Positions 24,034 through 35,983 of a stretch of DNA of 64,000 bases are shown piece by piece. The notes under the pieces were generated by a model. It was not told the DNA's origin. It saw nothing but the letters and a program-made list of their open reading frames with translations, and made no database searches. How positions within the stretch are numbered: the stretch's first letter is position 1; the number at the start of each line of letters is the position of its first letter. The translations under genes and the position numbers were made by a program. The DNA is taken from the NCBI GenBank assembly GCA_010093605.1, contig MU004187.1, forward strand, positions 310,001-374,000. The letters are read 5' to 3'. The stretch is from Lophium mytilinum (taxonomy: Eukaryota).

Positions 24034-24879
24034 ATGAAGCTCAACATCTCCTTCCCGGCCAACGGGACCCAAAAACTGGTCGAAGTCGACGATGAGCGGA
24101 AACTGCGCGTCTTCATGGACCGCCGCATGGGCCAGGAGGTCCCCGGCGACAGCGTTGGCGACGAATTCAAGGGCTACATCTTCAAGATCACCGGCGGCAA
24201 CGACAAGCAGGGTTTCCCGATGAAGCAGGGTGTTATGCACCCAACCCGAGTTTCGCTCCTCCTCGGTGCTGGCCACTCCTGCTACCGTCCCCGCCGCACC
24301 GGTGAGCGCAAGCGCAAGAGTGTCCGTGGATGCATCGTCGGCATGGACCTCGCTGTCCTCGCGCTCAGCATCGTCAAGCAGGGCGACGACGAGCTCCCCG
24401 GCATCACCGACACCGTCCACCCGAAGCGATTGGGCCCCAAGCGCGCCACCAAGATCCGCAAGTTCTTCGGTCTCAGCAAGGACGATGATGTGAGTTTTCT
24501 CCATTATCTTCGCCGATTCAGCAATGGATCGAGTCTGATGTACCATCTTTTCTATTTAGGTTCGCAAGTTCGTCATCCGACGTGAGGTTCAGCCAAAGGG
24601 CGAGGGCAAGAAGCCATACACCAAGGCGCCCAAGATCCAGCGTCTCGTCACTCCCCAGCGTCTGCAACACAAGCGCCACAGGCTCGCACTCAAGCGCCGC
24701 AATGCTGAGGCTTCCAAGGATGCTGCTGTAAGTTTCAGCTCTGCCTTTACACTTGAAGATATCAAATACTGACGCGTTTACAGAACGAGTACGCTCAAAT
24801 CCTCCACAAGCGCATCACCGAGGCGAAGTCCGCGCACGATGAGGCCAGGAAGAGGAGGGCGTCGTCGATGAGGCATTAG
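24034..24879 (+). CDS. RPS6: 40S ribosomal protein eS6 (2 introns)
   Basis: [56 protein letters not shown]-terminal RRASSMRH*. Confidence 0.98.
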
Positions 24880-25623
24880 GCGAACATCTGAGAGGATTGG
24901 TGCGATGTGTCGAGGCATGTGAGGTCAAGGGTCTCTGGGAAGAACGGAAGCATGACGGCATGTTTTTGGTACGACAGCATAAAACTATAGGGGGTTCTCT
25001 TCCGGGCTATATCGGCGTAGCAGCTGTCCTCAATTGAAAAGTTTCATCCACCGATGAACCCCTGACATCCTTATTCGCTGTTCTTGATGACGCATGTGCT
25101 TTTTCAGACTGCCACCTGGAAGCTACTTTCTCGTGAACTATTAACTATAGAGGCTTTTCCGATTCTTGCTCGATTCTCGTGGCTGTATCTGGAAAGTCTG
25201 GGCGAAGTCAAAACCATGCTCAGGATTCTAAACGGAGTTGGGGTGCTTCAATGTGACATTGAAGAGTCTGTTTCTCGTTCAGACTCGAGTGTAATTTGTA
25301 CCTTTTTTAAATTGACAAACTTGCACAGTGGAAATCAGGCTCTCGGATTTCCGCTCAACTTCTAGGATCACGGCGTCTGGGCCCCCCCAACCGCACGATC
25401 TGCATCAATCAAACGATAGGGGCACAGATAGATTACGAAGCGTAGAGCACTCATCATCCATGGAGAAGATGAAACAGATTCAGTATGTCATTGCACCAAC
25501 AAGCGGTCTACCGAGCAAACCACTCTGCATCTAAAGCAGCCATTGCCCAGCAAGACAATGCTGCCATCCCTCCAAAACCAGCCGCCGAACGCCAATTCCA
25601 TGCTCCGAGTCGCAAGAAAGCTT

Positions 25624-26886
25624 TTAAAGATTCGCCTGCTCCCTCTCCACCTCGTACATGAAGTCGAAATACGGCTTATCGAAGTGATGCACGCGCACAT
25701 ACCCGTCCTCTCCTCCACTGGCATACCCAGTACCCTTGGGGTGCACGGCGACGTAGTTCAGGGGACCGAAATGGCCACGCACTCGGCCAATCTCCTCCAT
25801 GAAGATCTTGTGGTAGAAGCGGGCTTCGAATTTACCCTGGCGAGCGCTGGTGGTCGTGACATCCATGGCGGCTTGGCCTCCGCCGAGGATAACGTAGTCT
25901 TTGACGGGAGTGATGGCGGCGCTGTTGAGCGGGGTGTCGGTTTGATATGTCTTCAAGACTTCTAAGTCGTTGGTGGTGAGGAGTTTCGCGGACTTGTCTT
26001 TCGAGGCGGTGATGAAGTAGGTTCGGTCGGGCGACCATTGCAGATCGGTGACCATCATGTCGGGTTCGTGAACTTGGGTGTTGAAGATGAGCTCGCCAGT
26101 CTGCTCTTTGTTAGCATTGTTGCAGATCGGGCATGGAGTACACATACCTTGGCGTCGTATTGTGAGACCGAACCGTCCTCGTGGCCAGCGATGATGTACC
26201 GCGCGCCATAGCTGAAACCTGCGACCGTCGCCTTGCTCTCGTCGCACACTATCCGCAGAGCTTGCTCGCTCGTCTGTTCGGCCTCGATATCCAGGTCAAT
26301 GTCGTAAACGACGATCGAGCCAAGGTGGCCAGATCGCTTCTCCGTCACACCGAGGAGCTGTCGGCCGTCGGGCGAGAATTCCACACGCTTGATACTGGTG
26401 GCAAAGTCCCATGTTTTCAACAGCTTGCTAGTCTTGACCTCCCAAAGGCGGATCGTATTGTCGGCGCCACCTGTCGCGAGCATTTCAGAGTTGGGGGACA
26501 CGTCTACTGTCCATAGCGCACCCTGTATATGTGAGAGGGTGTTCGATTTATTTGAAGGAAGTCAAAGGTATGTACCTGGTGGCCGTGGTAGGTGCCTGGG
26601 GAGAGGTCAGTAAAGATCGAGGAGACGATACACGAGGGTGCCATACCTAGTCGCTCTCCATTATGGGAGAACCACGCGCACTGTACTCAAATCAACTGCT
26701 ACTCTTTCAAGATCCCACGTCGGATCCACTCACCACAACGTGATCTTTGGAAACGGAGAATATGATATCGCCATCAGCGTCTTCGCCACAGGTCAGCCCT
26801 CGCTCGAAAAGGCCAAAAGTTCAAAACATACTGTATTTTACTTGCGTAAGAGCACGCTCGTGCCCGGAGAGTAGAATCGGCCTCAT
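25624..26886 (-). CDS. TIF34: Translation initiation factor 3 subunit I (WD40), 6 exons
   Basis: [58 protein letters not shown]; exons of 55, 47, 34 and 20 nt splice in frame. Confidence 0.96.
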
Positions 26887-27082
26887 GTTCGTGATAGTGT
26901 CTTTGAAGGTATGCGCCGCCTCTTAGTCGACGAAATATGTGGTGGGGTTGGAGATCGGGGATGGAAAATCTTCCCCTCCGCGAACTTTTCGTGGGCCTCG
27001 TTAAACTGGCCGCGCCTTACAAGTTTTGTCTCTTCCAGCAAACGCTACAAAAACTGTTCACCCACACAAGCACCACACAAAC

Positions 27083-29034
27083 ATGGCTACGAACGGCGCA
27101 GAACGCCCTGCGAAACGGGCAAAGCTACTCGAGGATAGTGACTCGGACGGCGAAGGCGGGGGCGTGTCTCTTTCAATCAATAAGGAATACGCAAAACGCT
27201 ACGAGCATAATCAGAAGCGCAAAGAGAGGGAAAAGTGTATGAATCACTCCCCAGCCTTGGTGGTTTTTATTAACAACCTATAGTGGAAGCGAAGTACGGC
27301 AAAGGCGAAATTGAAGACTCTGAAACAGATTCCGAGTCTGAAACCGAGGACGATGAGGGCGAATTAGCTACAGAAGAGCTTGATGCCCAAATCACAGCTA
27401 CCCTTCGTGCCATTCGTTCCAAAGATCCTCGAGTCTACGACACAAATTTCAAGTTCTTTACCGAGGACGATGACACAGGGGAGAAACCTGCCCAGACCAA
27501 CGGCTCTACGAAGGAAAAGCCTATGACCTTGAAGGCCTACCATACCAAAAACCTTTTAGAGGGAAAGCTTGACGATGATGCAGAGGACGAGGCGCCCCTA
27601 AAGACGTACGCACAGGAGCAGGAAGATGCTAGACGGGAGCTTGTCAAGCAGATGCACGATGCTGCAGGCTCTGAATCGGAAGAAAATGAGAATAATAATG
27701 ACGATGATGACGACGGCTTCCTAGTCCGCAAACACAAGAAGGAACCCAAGGCTATCAGCAAGGAGCCGAGGCCTACGATCACGGAACTTGATGTCAAACG
27801 TGCGGACAAAGACCCTGACACCTATCTCTCCAATTTCCTGGCCGCTCGCGCTTGGGTACCGGGCGGCGGATCCCGCTTCCAGCCTCTGGAGTCCGACGAT
27901 GAGGAAGAAGAAGCTCGAGCGGAAGCTTTCGAGGCCGCTTATAATCTACGCTTTGAGGATCCATCAATGTCTAACGAAAAGCTCAGAACGCACGCTCGTG
28001 ATGTGGCTGCGAAGCAGTCTGTTCGAAGAGACGACAAGAGTGGTCGCCGCAAAACTCGAGACGCTGAGCGGTCTAAGAAGGAGGAAGAAAAGGCCGAAAG
28101 ACAGAGAGAGAAGGCTCAGCTACGGAAGCTGAAGATCGAAGAAATGGAAGAGAAAGTGAATCGGATTCGGAGAACTGCCGGCTTGAGTGGCAGGGACTTC
28201 AAAATGGAGGAGTGGGCGGATGTCTTAGACGCAGATTTCAACAGCGAGCAGTGGGATGCAGAAATGCGCAAGAGATTTGGAGACAGCTACTATGAAGCCG
28301 ACGAGACTCTCGAAGCTTCGGACGTCGAGGACGAAACATCTACGAAGAGCAAAACGAAGAGACCACAAAAGCCAAAGTGGGATGATGATATCGACATCAA
28401 GGACTTGATTCCCGATTTCAAAGACGACGAAATCGCCAAGCCTCCCTTCGAGCTCTCAGACGATGAGGCTGATGCCTTAGCTGGTGCCAGTGACTCTGAC
28501 GCCCCCAAGCCAAAAGGGTTGAAGAAGAAGAAGGACCGCCTCGCCGCACGCGCCGAAGCTAAGAAGACTGCTCGTCGTGACCGCCGCTTAATTGAGAACC
28601 TCGTCGACCAAAATCTTGAAGTGGACTTTGCGCTGCCCGCTTCCGGAAGTGCTTCATCTTCCAAACTACCTACTCGCTTCCGTTACCGCGAGACCTCGCC
28701 TACAACCTTCGGTCTTACACCGAGGGATATATTGCTCGCTAGCGATGAGCAATTAAACTCGTTTGCAGGCCTGAAAAAGATGGCTACCTTTAGGGACGAG
28801 GCAAGGAAGAAGAAGGACAAAAAGCACTTGAGTAAGAAGGCGAGGCTCAGGCAATGGAGAATGGAGACATTCGGAGACGCGGAAGGGCCTAAGGGCGGGT
28901 TTGAGACATTAGTTGGCGAGGAAGAAGGTCAGGAGGAACGGAAAGGAAAGGATGCGGCCGAAGGCGCAGCTGAGGGCGCGAAGAAGAAGAAAAGGAGGCA
29001 CAAGAAGAGAAAGGCAGGGGCTGTGGAGGCATGA
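27083..29034 (+). CDS. KRI1: 40S biogenesis protein Kri1 (1 intron)
   Basis: INKEYAKRYEHN, IRSKDPRVYD, FEAAYNLRFED, RFRYRETSPTTFGLTPRDILLA...LNSFAGLKKMATFR. Confidence 0.94.
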
Positions 29035-29585
29035 GAGGAGCAGTAGTGATGAGATCGTTAGACAATGACGAGGGAGTGTTTTGATACCTAGCATGTGTGT
29101 TTGTACAATGCCCGGTTACAGGTTTGCATTTACTTTCTTGTGGTGTTCTTCGGGTGCCTCAAGTCACCTTGAACCACAATGAAAGTTGATGATACTAAAC
29201 AGGCGCCCAACGCACTGGACCCAAACAGGAGTGGAGAGGTGTACACAGACTAGGAGGAATATCACTTCAAACCTAGCCCGATACGGAACGTTAGTGCTAA
29301 GATATCTGACATTTGACAAGGTGAAAGGTGTTCGGATCTCATCTACCAACTCTATCCTGCAAGCATACACCATTCCGAGGAATAAGAAATATCAACATGG
29401 GAGCTATCACAAATCAAAAAGACTAATTTTTGACTTTTCCGGAATTCTGCAGATGCGATTTCCCAAGTTCTGGAGCTACAACACCCACTATGCTCATATC
29501 TTATCCCCGCTTCCAGGCTTACATTTTCATCATACGTCTTCGCCTCTTCGCAAGCCCTTCTTCAAACTTTCTATATCAGAGTAAA

Positions 29586-30913
29586 ATGACTTCGTTTTCT
29601 AGGCTGAGGCCTCTCTTGCTAGTTGCTGTTTCTGTTTTCATTGGCACAGGCCAAATGGCTCGCACCAAAGAGTCTCTCCACGACCCCCCCCCAATTTGGA
29701 CAACGTCAGCAGACTGCCTGATTAACAACACCGCCACGATTCCAGACCACAGCTCACATACTCTTCCGTCTGGCCGCGACTACTCTCCCCCCACAGTCGC
29801 GCTCCACGAGGCCCCAACCCACTGCCCTAACTTATCCTCACTGCACCTGCGTGACACAAGCTACTGGCCTTATCGCTGGCACCTACCCCTCGCTTTAGCA
29901 GGCAACCAGACCTGGGAGGTTCCCTACACAATTGACCTCCAGGACTACAATTTCGATCATTCGCAATGGAAAGATGCAGCGCCGCCGGACTCATGGATCG
30001 ATATCGGGGCCTGGAGCATGTGGGTGCGGAGTGGACGGGCGGCACGGTGGTGGGAGTATCGCAAGCTACCTACTGAGCAGAGAAGCAAGACCAGCCTTGA
30101 CCTCTGGCTCGATGCCATGGAGTCGGGAGAATCGTGGAGCATAAGCCTAAGAGTGAGATGGGCGATGTCGGAAAGCTTAATGGAGAAAGCGACGCCGAGG
30201 CTTGGGAGTTTGAGGGACCTAACGCTCAACGACGCCCCGAACTGTGGTCAAAGTCTGGCGTGGATTGCGAGGCTGGAGCCGCTGACGTTTTTGACGTGGT
30301 TTGATGGGTTCGAACCAACTGGAGATGCTCTTACTGTTCTGCTGGACTGCCATGTAAGACTTTGGAGACGCTGCAGTTAACGTATCGGGAAGGGCTCGCC
30401 GCTCAACGCCCTGTGCTCTCGGTGGCTCAACTGGAGCAGATCGGAGTGACGGCACCTCTACTGAGGAGTTTGACTGTTGATGTCAATCGCAATGGAGCCG
30501 CCTGGCCAGTCGAAGAGCTTGAGGCCATTGCAAATATATCCAGCCTAAAGAGCGCCACTGTTTGGCTCAAATATGGGACGGACCTTGCATTCGGGGAGCA
30601 CAGTCAGGGCAAGCAAGCGTACGAGATGGGGACTAGACTTCGCAGTGATGATCTGTCACTGTGGAAGCCCTTGTTGGATAAGAAAGGAGTAGAGGAGATG
30701 TGGGCGATCATGAGGTCCAAAGCGGGAGAGCGATTGGAATCTGTGGCCTTTTTCGCTGGGGACTGGTCCACCTGGTAGGATGGACGCATGATGCAGGACG
30801 AAGTGTTTTCTTCGGAATGGCTTAAGCATGATAAAGTGTGGTGGGATTGTATTGAAGGCGGCTGTGTGGAGAGATACACGGATCGTAAGTACCCATGGGA
30901 CCCATGGGAATGA
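29586..30913 (+). pseudogene. Disrupted gene for a secreted or membrane-anchored hypothetical protein with LRR-like leucine spacing
   Basis: Hydrophobic N-terminus; ORFs 29586-30380 and 30362-30778 join with one missing base (CAT-G[G]T-AAG gives HGKTLETL); in-frame TAG at 30776 followed by 44 more coding-like codons. Confidence 0.6.
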
Positions 30914-31089
30914 GGAAGAGCAGAGACAATTTGAAGCTTTGCGAAAGGATATGGATTCGTAAAGGCGATCATGTGCACATATCAATCAACGCAGAGTTTC
31001 GAGAGAGAAGGAGACTACTAAGGTGCTCCTCTGAGCTAACCAAATTCGAATAAAATTCTGTGGTATGTTTCAATGACGATATAGGTATC

Positions 31090-31164
31090 TCCGAACAGCA
31101 ATAAAGATAAGTCCGAATAACGAGAAAGAAAAGTCCGACTAACGAGTGGCTTATGTCCGAACAG
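31090..31164. repeat. Four TCCGA motifs at exact 22-bp spacing
   Basis: TCCGA starts at 31090, 31112, 31134, 31156; inner copies AAGTCCGAMTAACGAG, outer copies TCCGAACAG. Confidence 0.8.
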
Positions 31165-31457
31165 TGACGCCCTTCATTTAAAGCGCGGTATGAAAGTCAG
31201 GAGTTCACTGATCAATGCAAATTCCCGGAGCAGAAAACATCGAAATAGTCATCTCTTGACCAATCAACGCTCACATATCGTCTCGGCGTGGGTCTTTGCT
31301 TAATCCCGGTCGCGACGAGCTAACTCCATTCCAACCCGACCACGTGACTGCGAGACCTCCAGTCTACATAACCACCAGTGAAGCCCCGTAGAACATCTAG
31401 TGGAAGTCCCAACTCGAGAACTCAACTATCAATCAACATTACATCCACTCTTCCACC

Positions 31458-32514
31458 ATGACTGACGCCGTTCTGAACCCCGCATGCTGCTCCCGCCCCG
31501 CAGTCGTCACAGGCGACTACACTCCCAAGGGCACCTACGAAGATATCGCCGGATTCAAGACATGTAAGGCATTCTCTCATAGTCCTTCGATAATCTTTAA
31601 CCTCGTTCATCTTTCGATATATTAGATTATATCTAAACTTTACCACTATCAACCACTCCTTCAGTTGTCCTACCGTCGACTAACCCAACCCAGACATCTC
31701 CGGCCCAGCCACATCTACCGCCGCTCTAATCCTCATCCACGACATCTACGGCCCCGTCACGCAGATCCTCCAAGGCGCGGACCGCTTAGCAGCCGCGACC
31801 GGCCAACTCATCCTGACGCCCGATTTCTTCAAAGGCAAGACGATTGTGGGGCAGAATTTGTTCCCGATGGACACTGAGGAGAAGAAAGAGAAAATGGGGA
31901 AGTTCTTTGCTGAGGTGGTGAGTAGATCCTAGCCGGTTTAAGAGCGCAGTTTGTAGTTCTGTGACCTCAAGCTGACATAGAGTAGGCGGGCTTTGAAGAG
32001 GGCACCAAGTCCATCCTTGCCATCCACAAAGCCGCCGGCGAGAAGTACAGCTCTGTGACCACGTGGGGCGCGTTTGGGCTCTGCTGGGGCGGGAAAGTGA
32101 CTGCGTTGGCGAGCGCGGAGGGGAGTCTGTTCAAAGCGGCCGGGACGGCGCATCCGGGGTATATTCCGCCTATCTCCTTTTTCTTTCCCTCTATTTCCAT
32201 ATATCGTCTTCCTGCTCTACCGAAGTCCGGAACTGACCCCCTCTTCCAGCCGTCTCGCCATCGAAGAAGCGGAAGCCATCACAATTCCCTACATCTGCCT
32301 CTTCTCCAAGGACGAAGACACGCCGCTGGGCCAAGAGTACGGGAAGATACTCATGAGTAGTCCGAAGGCAAAGGGTAGCGTCTTCGAGACGTATGGGACT
32401 ATGCATCATGGATGGATGGGCGCGCGGGCGAATCTAGAGGACGAGGAGAATGCGAAGGAGTATGTTAGGGGGTATGAGCAGGCGGCGGAGTTCTTCAAGG
32501 CTTTGTTAGTGTGA
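31458..32514 (+). CDS. Dienelactone hydrolase family protein (3 introns)
   Basis: ACCSRPAV...YTPKG, IHDIYG, PDFF, nucleophile motif GLCWGGK, AHPG, C-terminal MHHGWMGARA. Confidence 0.9.
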
Positions 32515-32857
32515 CCGTGCTAACGGGGAGTGTGAGGAAAGCTTTGTTGTTTAGAGGGACATTAGAACTTAAATCCATGAATCACGCCTGATGGGATTAC
32601 GATAGAAGCACGATTTTACCGTTTCTACACGTATGCATAGGCTTGTATTTTCTTTCTCAATGTTCATCTACCATAATGGCCTGAAGCCACTTGACCCATG
32701 TAGTCTGTCCTGATCAAAGCCACAACCACCGGCCTGACTAGCCGCAGCACTCACGTATAACGAGAGCCTCCAGACTAAGTCTATGCCCGTCTGTAGCCTC
32801 CTCCCTCTTGTTGCCTCAGGATACCTCAGGATCCCCTCTTCTCGCCCCTAAACCCCG

Positions 32858-33571
32858 TCACCAGACGAACGGCATGAACCTCGCCGTCTTCGCATGCCAC
32901 ACCTCCCACTCCTTCCCAAACTGCCCCTTCAGGAACTTCTCCTCGTCCCTGACCCGCATGCTAAAGCCAAACAACAGCGCCATCCCATAACCCACAATGA
33001 ACACCGTGTTCGCAGCCCAGAGCCCGGAGCCTGGCTGCACCCAGCACGCCGCCGGCCCGTCCACCCGCCACGTCAGCAGCATCACCCCGACGGTGCTGAC
33101 GAAATAGGCTGCGTAGCTCGGATGCTGCAGGTAGCGGTAGATCCCTGTCGTGACGAGGCCGTTTTTGGGCACGGTCAGGGTGTATGTGAATGAAGAGCCG
33201 AGAGTGCTGTACGCCCCTAAGCGGAGAGAGCAGAAGATGATGATGGTAGCGAGGTAGACGATGCTTGAAGGGGACCAGGTAAGGAGGGTGGGGTCCGGGC
33301 CGGCGGGGTTTGGACAGATGAGGCTAGACGAGGTGGTGTTGATGAGCAGGGCGCAGGCGGATTGGTAGAGGAAGATGGTGGCCATGAACCAGCGAAAGTT
33401 TCTCAGGCCGCTGAAGCCACCGGTCTTGTTGAAGATGGCGTCGGTAGATGACTTGGTGGTGGTGAGAGGCACGGGTGGGGTGATGGCGAGGTGGTTGAGG
33501 TACATGGCCACGAGGAGGGTTGCCGTGTAGGAGATGGCTGAGGCGGAAGGGTAGGTGGTTTGGAAGGCCAT
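32858..33571 (-). CDS. ICMT/PEMT-like integral membrane methyltransferase family protein
   Basis: LG.SFTY.L...LVTTGIYRYLQHPSY, RVRDEEKFLKGQFGKEWEVWHAKTARF; multiple TMs. Confidence 0.85.
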   Translation of the reverse strand: MAFQTTYPSASAISYTATLLVAMYLNHLAITPPVPLTTTKSSTDAIFNKTGGFSGLRNFRWFMATIFLYQSACALLINTTSSSLICPNPAGPDPTLLTWSPSSIVYLATIIIFCSLRLGAYSTLGSSFTYTLTVPKNGLVTTGIYRYLQHPSYAAYFVSTVGVMLLTWRVDGPAACWVQPGSGLWAANTVFIVGYGMALLFGFSMRVRDEEKFLKGQFGKEWEVWHAKTARFMPFVW

Positions 33572-34723
33572 TTTGGATAGGGTGATGGGTGTGATTAGAT
33601 GGAGATAGGGCTGGTCTTTTTTTGAGGGCTGGATGAGGAGTTCAGGATTCTGATATCTGACTCAATGGAAGTGAGAGGTAATGAGCGGGCTTGAGCTGAG
33701 AAATGTAGAGTAGAAGTGACGTCTGGAACGTCTGTCTTTAAATAAAGGACCGACGGAGGGCTTTATATAGAATACTTCCTGCTCACTCAGTTAGTAACTT
33801 AGCTACAGGGCAGACTTCAAGATGACGCTTGGCCGGAGATAAATGGGAGTGAAATGTTGTTGAAGTTATTCGCGCCGTTTTAGTGGATCGGCCTAGAAAG
33901 CCTTAGCGTGATGGCATCTAACTAGAAGGCGAATGAGAGGGAGGCCGAGTTATTTTGTTGCTTGGTAATCCTGGGGAGCCCGCTCATTGGACTCATAATG
34001 TATTCTTCGATGATACCGGACAAAACGCCTGGAGTTTACAGCATCTCTTTACGTCCGGTGGCTTAGCGCGAAAATGAGGCCACAGAACTACCGTGTAGGT
34101 AAGGATGAATGCGGAACAGAAACTATCTAGCCTATCGCGCTGGGCATTGAGAAAATGGCACACCCTTCAAGCACTCTATCTCGTGTACACCTGTTCACCA
34201 CTGCTTGAAGTGCCCTAACGAGTTTTCACATGGCCCAAGGTGAAAAGCTTCTCTCTCGTTTTGGCTTCTGAAAATGCGTTTGGGCAAGCCAAGCAGTGGC
34301 ATACACGCGTACACACCCATCACAGGTTGGTTGAAACAAGAGTTCCAACTTTTCATGCCCGTGTGTGCCTGATAACCGTGGAGCTGGTGAAGTCAGAACA
34401 GGAACCTTAGCAGCAAGGGTTCCCATAGTTGCACTCACCCCCAATGCCCATATGTACCATTAACACTGTAATCCTCTCAGCAATTTCAAGATCATTTTTC
34501 ACGCTTACCTTGACCTCCAAGCTGCTCCGTTCCTCGAAGGCACGCAATCGAGGCTCAAGTCAGTACCCTTGATGCAGCTCCCAATGATACTCCCTCCATG
34601 CACCCTGATAAGCCGCTCCTAGCATATCTTCGCAACCCACTTTTCTTCGATGTGCCATCCCATCAAATAATCATGCAGATAGACCTCTACCTCACATTTC
34701 AAGCTCCAGAACACATGAACATC

Positions 34724-35566
34724 TTATTGTATTTTCCTCTGCCTGACCTCACTCTCCACTTCGCCACCCCTCTTCCCCTCCGATATATCCACCAGCCCCT
34801 CCCTACCTGCCTTCCCCTTCTCGATCACCCACGTCTCCATCACCTCCTTCACCTCCCTCCTCCCCCTCTCCACCTTCTTCGCCTCCGTAATCCTCCCCAC
34901 ATACCCCGCATAAATCACCACCTCCGCCACCGCCACCAACCCGCTCCCACCCATACTCAGCCCCAGCCGCTTCGGTGCGCTCCAATGCCGCGCCGCCACC
35001 CAGATGAACACGCTCGTCGCGATAATCGACACCAGCACGTTGATGATCAGGATCATCTGCCGGTGCACGTCTGCATACGTGACCTCGTCCACGTCGTCGG
35101 CGGCGGCGGCGGCGAGGTCGGCGGGCGTGGAGAAGTGGGAGAGGGGGGCTGCGGTGGGGGGGAGGACGGGGTTCGTCATTTGGGCGTAGAGGCGGGATTC
35201 TTCGGCGGCGCGGAGGCGGGCCATTAGGGCTTTGTATGAGGAGGTCTGGGGGGGTGTTAGTGAGGCGCCGATTTTTGAGAATTTGGGGGGATATACGGGT
35301 TCTTTTTTTGGTGGTGGGGGTGGGATGTAGACTTTTGAGCCAAGGAGGAGGGCGTTGAGGTGGCCTAGGGGTGTATTTGAGGAACTGTGGGTTTTGAGGA
35401 GCTTGGAGATATAGACGAGTTGGCTGTGGGATATCGGGTTGCCTGGTGCTGGTGTTTGGAGAGCGGGTTCGGAGGGTAGTTGGAGCTTTGACAGCTCGTC
35501 CGGTGCGATCTTTTGTAGTGTTTCCAGAGCTGAGACAGCATGGGGGGTCATTGTTAGGAGGACCAT
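34724..35566 (-). CDS. VMA12: ER V-ATPase assembly factor Vma12/Vph2 (intron 35246-35296)
   Basis: MVLLTMT, LL.GSKVYIPPPPPK, YKALMARLR..EE.R.Y, QMILIINVLVSI, VAVAEVVIY. Confidence 0.88.
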   Translation of the reverse strand: MVLLTMTPHAVSALETLQKIAPDELSKLQLPSEPALQTPAPGNPISHSQLVYISKLLKTHSSSNTPLGHLNALLLGSKVYIPPPPPKKEPVYPPKFSKIGASLTPPQTSSYKALMARLRAAEESRLYAQMTNPVLPPTAAPLSHFSTPADLAAAAADDVDEVTYADVHRQMILIINVLVSIIATSVFIWVAARHWSAPKRLGLSMGGSGLVAVAEVVIYAGYVGRITEAKKVERGRREVKEVMETWVIEKGKAGREGLVDISEGKRGGEVESEVRQRKIQ

Positions 35567-35983
35567 GATGGCTGCTATATTGTAAGTCGTTTGTGGTTAA
35601 GTTGAAGTTGAGTGGTGCAAAGCTGTCAAGCTCCCCCGAGCTTGAGGGTCCGACTCGGATCGGGATGCCGACTTTAGCGTGCCGCACGGGCCCTCGAAAT
35701 TCTCGCCCACAGCTTCTCACTTTGCCCGCCATCATCAACTTCTTCACTTCAACCTCTATTCCTCTCGCACATCCGCTGTCATACCCACCCTTATACTCAA
35801 AAAACCCTACACTCGTCACCTATATCCATTGACAGAACCATCCAATTACACCGCACATTGCTTACGAGAACACGTCCCGCAACAACCTCGCCTCTACACC
35901 ACCCGCACGACCCACACGTGCGCATCACAACCTCGACCAACAAACCCTCCACTCCAAGGCCCGCCTTCCTTGGGGGAGCCACA

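Noticed and set aside
31090..31164. CRISPR-like repeat-spacer reading of the 22-bp periodic motif
   Set aside because: Eukaryotic context, conserved core of only 5 bp and no cas genes; reported instead as a regulatory or minisatellite array
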